Shown: positions 25,321 to 33,096 of the stretch, in pieces
Position numbering within the stretch: position 1 is the stretch's first letter
How the letters are laid out: every line of letters starts with the position of its first letter
Source of the DNA: Bacteroidales bacterium
GTDB lineage: Bacteria; Bacteroidota; Bacteroidia; Bacteroidales; G3-4614
Length of the DNA stretch: 64,000 nt
NCBI GenBank assembly: GCA_017559955.1
Contig: JAFYPQ010000012.1
Span: 10,443-74,442 of the forward strand
Direction: 5' to 3'
Position numbers and translations under genes: made by a program
The notes under the pieces: generated by a model
The model's input: the letters and a program-made list of their open reading frames with translations, nothing else
Told to the model about the DNA's origin: nothing
The model's database searches: none

Positions 25321-25324
25321 TTTG

Positions 25325-25406
25325 TGCGGATGACGGGACTCGAACCCACACGTCTCTCGACACTAGATCCTAAGTCTAGCGCGGCTACCAGTTACGCCAC
25401 ATCCGC
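25325..25406 (-). tRNA. tRNA-Leu (anticodon TAG), class II
   Basis: The reverse complement runs GCGGATG...CATCCGC-A. Anticodon arm CTAGA-CTTAGGA-TCTAG, long variable arm, TTCGAGT T-loop. Confidence 0.93.
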
Positions 25407-25439
25407 AAGGTGGTGGTCAGTATTTCTGATTTCCGAGTG

Positions 25440-25447
25440 CAAAGATA
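25440..25447 (-). promoter_or_regulatory. -7 promoter box (TATCTTTG on minus strand) for tRNA-Leu
   Basis: Exact TAnnTTTG match 34 nt upstream of the tRNA 5' end. Confidence 0.6.
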
Positions 25448-25533
25448 GTAAAAAATATTCAATCACAAAGATATTCTGCAAAAAAAATATTTTTTTATTC
25501 TTTATTTGCCTGTTTTAATAATATTGTTTCGTT

Positions 25534-28221
25534 TTAAAAGAGATGCATCTGTCCGTTTTCGTCAGGAGTCGGCTCTTCAGCAGTGCTGTCATTTTCGTTG
25601 TCTGCCTCTTCAACTATATCTACGAACGGAGCTTTTACTTTTTCTATATCTTGTTCGACCTCTTCTTCCGGTTCCGGTTGTCTAATGGGATCAAGCTCCT
25701 TAATCTCTTCAACTTCAAAAGTTGTAAGTCGTTTGCCTTTAGCTTTAAACGATTTCACACCTATAAACTCTTCTGCCTCAATTTCCAAAGCCTCTCTAAA
25801 CGAGTCGCCACCTCCGAATGTAACACCTATACGAGCATATGGCTCATCGGTAAGAAGTATTAGAGATGAGTCAGGGTTTTCTCCTAAGAAGTTTTGTTTC
25901 TTGCGAGAGTTTTCCATTTGGAACCGTTTTATGTACGGATAGCCCTGCTGCGATGCATCGTTAAGTACTGCAGTCCACACCTTGCCCTCTTCATATTTTT
26001 CAAATATGAGTATATCGTTTTCGTAGTGATTAGTTACATCGAAATTTGATGTATAGAAATCGCCGTTTTTCAATACCACAAGTATCGAATCTCCTCCTGC
26101 AAACTCTCCTATGTACTCCCCTCGTCCATCGTAGTTTAGGCGAAGCACATCACGATCGAACCACACTTTTAATCCTCCAAGAGTCGATTCACCTTTCTCT
26201 TTAAGGCTTATTCGGTGTATTTCGTTTTTGGTTACGATGTTACCCATCGATTGACGTCCTTTAATGGCTATTTCGCTGAAGCTTTTCTCCATAAATAAAG
26301 CTTTCATACGAGGTTTAGGCTTGAATGTTATTTTTAGCACCTCGGCCTCTCCGTTTGAGTTTGCCGAAAACCATGTAATTCTTGAGCCCGGTTTACCTTG
26401 TGTAAGATCGTATTCTTTATCACGAGATACTCCGGTTACGGCAAAACGTTTTATGTATTGCAATCCGTCTCGTCCGTCACGATATATTACATTGTATATG
26501 GTTCGGGTGTCGTTCTTTTTGAATACGTTTAGGTAAAGGATGTTTTTGCCTACAAACATCTTGTCTGCCACCTTTACTATTTTGTATTTGCCATCTTTGT
26601 AGAATATTATTATATCGTCAATATCTGAGCAATTACAAACATACTCGTCTTTTTTGAGCGATGTTCCTATAAATCCCTCTTCTCGGTTTATGTATAGTTT
26701 CTCGTTTGCCTCAACAACTTTGGTGGCAACAATGGTATCGAAACCTCTTATCTCTGTTTTGCGAGGATAGCCTGCTCCGTACTTCTCTTTAAGATGAACA
26801 AACCAATCAATTGTATATTCTATTATATGGGCGAGGTTATAATCTATCTTTGCTATTGCCTCTTTGTATGCCGCTATTTGTTCATCGGCTTTATCGGAAT
26901 TGAATTTTAAGATGCGTCCCATCTTAATCTCCATCAAATGAAGTATATCATCACGTGTAATATCACGTATGAAATCTTTTTTGAATGGCTCCAATCTTCC
27001 GTCAATATGTTTAACCGCCTCGTCCATATTACGGCTTTGTTCAAAGCCTTTGTCTTTATATATTCTCTCTTCGATAAATATTCTTTCGAGCGAAGCAAAG
27101 TGCAAGCGTTCCGATATCTCTCCTCGTTTTATTGTTAACTCTTTGCGGAAGAGTTCGACGGTTGAGTCGGCACTTCGGCGTAGCAACTCGCTTACGGTAA
27201 GGAATTGAGGCTTACGATCGCATATTACACAACAGTTTGGCGATATGCTGACTTCGCAATCGGTAAATGCATACAAAGCGTCAATTGTTTTATCAGATGA
27301 TGTTCCCGGTTGAAGATGCACTAAAATTTCGGCACGTTGAGCAGTATTATCATCGACTTTGCGGATTTTTATCTTACCCTTCTCTTGTGCTTTAAGTATC
27401 GATTCAATAAGTGTTGTTGTCGTTTTACCGAAAGGTATTTCGGTTATTGCCAAAGTTTTATTATCAATTTTGTCTATTTTGGCTCTTACCCTTACGGCTC
27501 CACCACGTTCACCGTCATTATATCTCGAAACATCAATAAAACCTCCTGTCTGAAAATCGGGATATAGTTCAAACTCCTCTCCTTGCAAATACGCTACCGA
27601 CGCATCAAGGAGCTCGTTGAAGTTGTGCGGTAATATTTTTGATGACAAACCAACGGCAATACCCTCTACTCCTTGAGCAAGCAACAATGGGAATTTTACA
27701 GGCAACGTTACAGGCTCGTTGTTACGTCCGTCATATGAGGGCTTCCACTCCGTAATTTTGGGATTGAAGAGAATTTCCAATGCAAAGGGAGAAAGACGAG
27801 CTTCAATGTAACGAGGTGCTGCTGCACCGTCGCCGGTCAGAATGTTTCCCCAGTTACCCTGACAGTCAATAAGTAACTCTTTTTGTCCCAATTGAACAAG
27901 TGCGTCTCCGATTGAGGCATCTCCGTGAGGATGGTACTTCATTGTGTTACCAACTACGTTGGCAACTTTGTTGTATCTGCCATCCTCAAGCTCGTTCATT
28001 GAGTGAAGAATTCGTCGTTGAACAGGTTTTAATCCGTCTTCAATATGTGGTACTGCACGCTCTAAAATTACATACGAAGCATAATCAAGAAACCAACTTT
28101 GATACATCCCTGTAAGATGATGTTTTTTGTCGCCCGATGATTGATGCTCTTTTGATGATATTTCGGAAGCGTTTGCTGAGATTTCCTCTCTCTCTTGTTT
28201 TAAAGAATCCTCGTCTGCCAT
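25534..28221 (-). CDS. parC: DNA topoisomerase IV subunit A (ParC-type gyrase/topo IV A subunit) with acidic C-terminal tail
   Basis: DGLKPVQRRILHSM and AAPRYIEARL (catalytic Tyr) motifs. The WFLDYASYVILERA N-terminus is typical of Bacteroidota ParC rather than GyrA. Confidence 0.85.
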   Translation of the reverse strand: MADEDSLKQEREEISANASEISSKEHQSSGDKKHHLTGMYQSWFLDYASYVILERAVPHIEDGLKPVQRRILHSMNELEDGRYNKVANVVGNTMKYHPHGDASIGDALVQLGQKELLIDCQGNWGNILTGDGAAAPRYIEARLSPFALEILFNPKITEWKPSYDGRNNEPVTLPVKFPLLLAQGVEGIAVGLSSKILPHNFNELLDASVAYLQGEEFELYPDFQTGGFIDVSRYNDGERGGAVRVRAKIDKIDNKTLAITEIPFGKTTTTLIESILKAQEKGKIKIRKVDDNTAQRAEILVHLQPGTSSDKTIDALYAFTDCEVSISPNCCVICDRKPQFLTVSELLRRSADSTVELFRKELTIKRGEISERLHFASLERIFIEERIYKDKGFEQSRNMDEAVKHIDGRLEPFKKDFIRDITRDDILHLMEIKMGRILKFNSDKADEQIAAYKEAIAKIDYNLAHIIEYTIDWFVHLKEKYGAGYPRKTEIRGFDTIVATKVVEANEKLYINREEGFIGTSLKKDEYVCNCSDIDDIIIFYKDGKYKIVKVADKMFVGKNILYLNVFKKNDTRTIYNVIYRDGRDGLQYIKRFAVTGVSRDKEYDLTQGKPGSRITWFSANSNGEAEVLKITFKPKPRMKALFMEKSFSEIAIKGRQSMGNIVTKNEIHRISLKEKGESTLGGLKVWFDRDVLRLNYDGRGEYIGEFAGGDSILVVLKNGDFYTSNFDVTNHYENDILIFEKYEEGKVWTAVLNDASQQGYPYIKRFQMENSRKKQNFLGENPDSSLILLTDEPYARIGVTFGGGDSFREALEIEAEEFIGVKSFKAKGKRLTTFEVEEIKELDPIRQPEPEEEVEQDIEKVKAPFVDIVEEADNENDSTAEEPTPDENGQMHLF

Positions 28222-28319
28222 TCTTACGTTTGTTTTCTTTTATTGGTAAATTTTGGAGAAGATTACTCTTGTCGCCTTCTTAAATTAATTAATATGGGCT
28301 AAATGAGCAATTTTACAAG

Positions 28320-28327
28320 CAAAGATA
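28320..28327 (-). promoter_or_regulatory. -7 promoter box (TATCTTTG on minus strand) for parC
   Basis: Exact TAnnTTTG match 99 nt upstream of the ATG at 28221. Confidence 0.4.
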
Positions 28328-28403
28328 CAAATTAAATCGAAAAAAATCGTTTACTTTGCAGAATATTACACATATTCTAAGATTTTATATAATTAACTAC
28401 GAT

Positions 28404-29951
28404 ATGACACAAGAAGAGGTTTTCAAAAAATTGATTTCACACTGTAAAGAGTATGGCTTTGTATTTCCTTCAAGTGAGATATATGATGGACTTTCGGCAG
28501 TGTATGACTACGGTCAAATGGGCGTTGAGCTTAAACAAAATATTAAAAAATATTGGTGGGATAGTATGATTCTGCTTAACGAGAATATTGTTGGCATTGA
28601 TTCAGCTATTTTTATGCACCCTACTATATGGAAAGCATCAGGACACGTTGACGCTTTCAATGACCCCTTGATCGATAACAAAGATTCTAAAAAACGTTAT
28701 CGTGCCGATGTTCTTATCGAAGAGCAAATGGCTAAGTATGACGAAAAGATTAATAAAGAGGTAGAGAAAGCTGCTAAACGCTTTGGAGAATCTTTTGACG
28801 AGGCTATGTTCCGTCAAACAAATCCAAGAGTATTGGAGAATATCGCTAAACGTGATGAACTTCACGAGCGTTTTGCCAAAGCAATGAATGATAACGACTT
28901 GGCAGAGTTACGTCAAATAATAGTTGATTATGAAATAACTTGTCCTATAAGCGGAACTCGCAATTGGACAGATGTTCGTCAATTCAACTTAATGTTCTCT
29001 ACCGAAATGGGCTCTACTGCCGACGGTGCAATGAAAATATATTTGCGTCCCGAAACAGCTCAAGGTATTTTTGTTAACTACATTAATGTACAAAAGACCG
29101 GAAGAATGAGAATTCCTTTTGGAATTGCACAAATTGGTAAGGCCTTCCGCAACGAAATTGTTGCTCGTCAATTCATATTCCGTATGCGTGAGTTCGAACA
29201 AATGGAGATGCAATTCTTTGTTCGTCCCGGAGAGGAGTTGAAATGGTTTGAGAAATGGAAAGAGACTCGCTTGAAATGGCACAAAGCTCTTGGCTTGGGC
29301 GACCAAAAATATCGTTTCCACGACCACGACAAATTGGCTCACTACGCAAATGCCGCAACAGATATAGAGTTTGAGATGCCTTTCGGATTTAAAGAGGTTG
29401 AGGGTATTCACTCTCGTACAAACTTTGACCTTGGAAGCCATGAGAAATATTCAGGTAAAAAACTTCAATATTTCGACCCTGAATTGAACGAATCGTATGT
29501 GCCTTACGTTATTGAAACATCAATAGGTGTTGACCGTATGTTCTTAAGCGTTATGTCTGCTGCCTATTGTGAGGAGAAATTGGAGAATGGAGAGAGCCGT
29601 GTAGTGCTTAAATTGCCTGCAGCTCTTGCTCCTATTAAACTTGCAGTATTCCCTCTTGTTAAGAAAGATGGGCTTCCTGATAAAGCTCGAGAGATTATGA
29701 ACGAACTTAAATTCGACTTTAAGTGTATGTATGACGAGAAGGATTCTATCGGTAAGAGATATCGTCGTCAAGACGCAATAGGAACACCCTTCTGTATCAC
29801 CGTAGATCATGATACTCTTGTCGATAATAAAGTAACTGTTCGTTACCGTGATACTATGCTTCAAGAGCGTATAAACATTAGCGACATTAAAGCATTAATC
29901 AGTGAGCAAGTATCATTTAAATCGTTACTTAAGAAAATTGCTCAAGAGTAA
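28404..29951 (+). CDS. glyQS: Glycine--tRNA ligase (homodimeric GlyQS type)
   Basis: FPSSEIYDG, RPETAQGIF and FRNEI motifs of class II GlyRS. The ATG at 28404 (MTQEEVFKK) is preferred over the ORF-track start at 28356. Confidence 0.93.
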   Translation: MTQEEVFKKLISHCKEYGFVFPSSEIYDGLSAVYDYGQMGVELKQNIKKYWWDSMILLNENIVGIDSAIFMHPTIWKASGHVDAFNDPLIDNKDSKKRYRADVLIEEQMAKYDEKINKEVEKAAKRFGESFDEAMFRQTNPRVLENIAKRDELHERFAKAMNDNDLAELRQIIVDYEITCPISGTRNWTDVRQFNLMFSTEMGSTADGAMKIYLRPETAQGIFVNYINVQKTGRMRIPFGIAQIGKAFRNEIVARQFIFRMREFEQMEMQFFVRPGEELKWFEKWKETRLKWHKALGLGDQKYRFHDHDKLAHYANAATDIEFEMPFGFKEVEGIHSRTNFDLGSHEKYSGKKLQYFDPELNESYVPYVIETSIGVDRMFLSVMSAAYCEEKLENGESRVVLKLPAALAPIKLAVFPLVKKDGLPDKAREIMNELKFDFKCMYDEKDSIGKRYRRQDAIGTPFCITVDHDTLVDNKVTVRYRDTMLQERINISDIKALISEQVSFKSLLKKIAQE

Positions 29952-29956
29952 TAAAA

Positions 29957-30505
29957 ATGAAGAGATTACCACATATTTTCTTTATTGCGATGGGAGTGCT
30001 TATTGCACTCGCATCGTGCAATAAAGAGGAGAACAATTGGGAAAAATATAAAGATTGGCGTAATGCCAATAATGATTTTATTGAAGCTAAATCGGTTGAG
30101 CTTAATGCAGAGGGAACAGCTTTGGCGTACGAGCAAATCAGCCCCGATTGGGATAAGGGAAGTGTAGTGCTTATGAAAAGACTTAAACATGGCACCGGCA
30201 CTAAAAACCCTCTATACACAAGTTATGTCGATGTTATGTATAAAGGCACACTATATGATGGTACTCCCTTTGATTCAACCTATTCATACGTTGATAGTAT
30301 AACTACTATTAAATTGTCTGCCACTGTGCAAGGATTTGCAATGGCTCTTACTAATATGGTGGCAGGCGATAGTTGCGAGGTTATAATTCCTGCATATGCG
30401 GGTTATGGAGAACAAGACAGAACAGGAATTCCCCCATATTCGGCTCTTGTCTTTGGAATAAAGCTTGTTGATATTCCTGCATACGAAAAACCTTATCAGG
30501 AGTAG
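29957..30505 (+). CDS. FKBP-type peptidyl-prolyl cis-trans isomerase lipoprotein
   Basis: Lipobox ALASCN. YKGTLYDGTPFDS and IPPYSALVFGIKLVDI are FKBP motifs. Confidence 0.88.
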   Translation: MKRLPHIFFIAMGVLIALASCNKEENNWEKYKDWRNANNDFIEAKSVELNAEGTALAYEQISPDWDKGSVVLMKRLKHGTGTKNPLYTSYVDVMYKGTLYDGTPFDSTYSYVDSITTIKLSATVQGFAMALTNMVAGDSCEVIIPAYAGYGEQDRTGIPPYSALVFGIKLVDIPAYEKPYQE

Positions 30506-30531
30506 TAGATTATTCTTGTGAATATATATTA

Positions 30532-30560
30532 AAGCAGCGTAGAGTTACGTTGCTTTTTTT
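30532..30560 (+). terminator. Intrinsic terminator of the FKBP gene
   Basis: aagcagcgta-gagt-tacgttgctt stem (one G-U pair) followed by T7. Confidence 0.75.
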
Positions 30561-30604
30561 GTGCAATTTTAATTATGAAACGAGTTGATATGAGGCTTTA
30601 TATC

Positions 30605-31306
30605 CTATTCAAAATAGAAGGTAAGTATTACCATCTTAGAACTTACTCTGTCTAATGCAGCAGTATATTTATATTCTGCGGGGTCAATTAAATCGTCTCT
30701 TTTGCGATTTAAGATATCGTGCAAACCGAATGAAAATTTAAGTTCGGGAATGAATTTGAAGTATTGGTAATAGATGTCGCAACCCAATCCAATCTCGATA
30801 TATGTGTCGTATGTTTTAAGGCGAAGCAAATCGCCCCGTTTTTTTGACACATCAAACGTAGGAGCAACACCTGCCATAATATATGGTCGATAGTTATTTA
30901 TTCGTTTTGCACTATATTTTAACTCAATTGGAGCTTGAATATAATTCGATTTTACATCGGTTTTTTTCTCTTCTCCCGAATATTCTCCTCGAAATGTTAC
31001 TGTTTTATTTCCGAATAAGAAAGTGGGGGTAAAACGTAAATTCAAATAGGGACATAGGTATAAGTCGCACAAGAGACCTACGTTAAATCCAGGAGAGAAA
31101 GTGGGCACATCGGCCAACCAAATTTCACCATTTTCATCCGGTTCGCCATTTGGAACCAAACGCAAATTTTGCATATTCAAGCCCAATGAAAATCCAAAGT
31201 GCACACGCTTTTGGTCGGCATACGGACGTCGTTCCAATTTACGTGTTTGTGCTGAGGCTGAAACAGCAAAGGATAGGGCAATTAATATGTATAATAAACG
31301 TTTCAT
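30605..31306 (-). CDS. Outer membrane beta-barrel protein (porin family; PorT/SprT-like)
   Basis: Signal peptide, an alternating beta-strand pattern and a C-terminal aromatic residue. The RPYADQKRVHFGFSLGLN region resembles PorT-family proteins as I recall them. Confidence 0.55.
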   Translation of the reverse strand: MKRLLYILIALSFAVSASAQTRKLERRPYADQKRVHFGFSLGLNMQNLRLVPNGEPDENGEIWLADVPTFSPGFNVGLLCDLYLCPYLNLRFTPTFLFGNKTVTFRGEYSGEEKKTDVKSNYIQAPIELKYSAKRINNYRPYIMAGVAPTFDVSKKRGDLLRLKTYDTYIEIGLGCDIYYQYFKFIPELKFSFGLHDILNRKRDDLIDPAEYKYTAALDRVSSKMVILTFYFE

Positions 31307-31383
31307 ATTCTCTCTTAAAACGAATAAAACAGCTACTTATTGCCCTATCCTTTGAAATTTACTTCTCAAAGTTTTATCTGCAA

Positions 31384-33096
31384 TTAAAATTTAATGGATG
31401 CTCCAAGCAAGAAGTGCATACGTTGAGCAGGCATTCCGTAATAAATATCGTAGTTTTGAGATAGAATATTATTCCATTGCAAATAGAAACTAATCATCTT
31501 ATTCAACGAGTAATTTGCCCCTAAATTAAGGTCGTATATATCGCTCATTTTTTCAAACACATTTCCATACTCGTTTTGGTAGCGATAACCTCTTCCCATT
31601 CCCATATAAAAGTTTGCATTGATAGTTAGGTTTTTAATAGGCTTTACTCCAAGCTTAACACTCCACTCGTTTTTAGGAAGTGCTGAAAGAATTTCGCCCT
31701 CTCCGCTACGACTTCTCCATTTATTTAATGTCCACTTAACCTCTCCCTCTAAAATCTTTTTTAACTTAAAAGCCACATTTGCTCCTCCCAACCAACGATA
31801 GGCATCGATAGGAGTGTAATCGACAACCTCGTATGATGTAATTTTCCCGTCGGTAATGGTTTCAATATTCCTCACGTCAAACAGGGCATCTGTTGAAGTT
31901 TTAAATCCGCCATATACTTTTATTGTAATTGCAGGATAATAGTTGAAAGCAACGCCCATTATTGCATTTGCAGCAGTATATGTGTTAGATAATTGTTCCG
32001 TTGGGTTTATATATATGTTTTGGGCCGACATCTTATTCCATGTATTAAGCTCTTTGCCTCCATTAACAGTTGTGTAGAATTGAAAATACTTACCCATATC
32101 GGCATTAAATTCAAAATCGGGGGCAAAACGAAGTATTGTTCCGTCGTTTATCGAAATATCGATTTTTGCACCGGCTTTTAAACGAATTTTATCATTTGCA
32201 AATTTATAGAATGGCGTGAATGACAACATTGTATAATTATTTGCATTTGCCGCACTATTGTATATCAGATTATCCATATTAAACTCAAATCCTAATCGAT
32301 TATTATTGCTTCCCAAACGTGCTGCAAGTTCGATATTAGAGGTTAAATGGTTCTCTCTTCCACCCTTTTCGCCTATTAAATATCCGATATTATTATAGTA
32401 ACCCACAAAACCTACCGATACATTTAAAGTTACATCTTTGTTTTTGGTTGAACGTAATGATGTTCCTACCGCATATTGATTTACTCTTTGATACTCGGTT
32501 TCAGAGATTGTGGGGAGTTGAGGCATTAGTTTTGCTCCATAATAGTTAAATGTATTGTGTTTGTATGCGGCACTTGTTTGCCACTCCAATTTATCAAAAG
32601 CGTGCTTGTAAGTAAGGTTAACAACATTGCTGTTTAAGTGTTGATACACTTTTTCCCCTCCATATACGGGAACATTGTCTCTATATTTTAGATGTCCGCC
32701 TGTTGAGGTGTGATTATACCACACACCAAGTTGATTGCGTGCCGAGTTGAGAATCCTAATACCTGCATCTCCATTTATATTCAGGTTATTACCCATACCG
32801 AAGTTTGCATATCCTCGTTGCTCGTTAAAATCATCCTGACTCTTTAATTCACTAACCAAGATAGGTTGCGAAGTAGGTGTTCCAGATAAAGGAACAGCCC
32901 AAGTTGAGTATTCGTTTACAGGCTTCTCAACCAAAGGATTTTCCGCTTCGGGAACTCCCGTCTTTTTTACTGCGGCATCAACCTCGGGCGTATATTCCTT
33001 CTCTACCGTAACTTCACGGTCAATTTCTTGTGCTTTAATTTGTTGCATATTAAAAATTAAAGCTATTGATGCTAATATTATAAGTTTAGTTCTCAT
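31384..33096 (-). CDS. Putative outer membrane porin / large beta-barrel protein (570 aa)
   Basis: Signal peptide ending KAQE, an aromatic and Gly/Asn-rich alternating pattern and a terminal LLGASIKF (C-terminal Phe). Its start overlaps the upstream TPR gene by 11 nt. Confidence 0.6.
   Translation of the reverse strand: MRTKLIILASIALIFNMQQIKAQEIDREVTVEKEYTPEVDAAVKKTGVPEAENPLVEKPVNEYSTWAVPLSGTPTSQPILVSELKSQDDFNEQRGYANFGMGNNLNINGDAGIRILNSARNQLGVWYNHTSTGGHLKYRDNVPVYGGEKVYQHLNSNVVNLTYKHAFDKLEWQTSAAYKHNTFNYYGAKLMPQLPTISETEYQRVNQYAVGTSLRSTKNKDVTLNVSVGFVGYYNNIGYLIGEKGGRENHLTSNIELAARLGSNNNRLGFEFNMDNLIYNSAANANNYTMLSFTPFYKFANDKIRLKAGAKIDISINDGTILRFAPDFEFNADMGKYFQFYTTVNGGKELNTWNKMSAQNIYINPTEQLSNTYTAANAIMGVAFNYYPAITIKVYGGFKTSTDALFDVRNIETITDGKITSYEVVDYTPIDAYRWLGGANVAFKLKKILEGEVKWTLNKWRSRSGEGEILSALPKNEWSVKLGVKPIKNLTINANFYMGMGRGYRYQNEYGNVFEKMSDIYDLNLGANYSLNKMISFYLQWNNILSQNYDIYYGMPAQRMHFLLGASIKF

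Noticed and set aside
25534-25680. The acidic C-terminal tail of ParC (EPEEEVEQDIEKVKAPFVDIVEEADNENDSTAEEPTPDENGQMHLF).
   Set aside because: This is low-complexity acidic tail sequence with no repeat or domain I can support. It is noted in the feature entry but has no independent significance.
28222-28403. Possible leader, T-box or riboswitch upstream of glyQS. I made similar checks upstream of tyrS (45496-45559) and serS.
   Set aside because: The regions are short and AT-rich and lack specifier or antiterminator helices. T-box leaders are also not expected in Bacteroidota.
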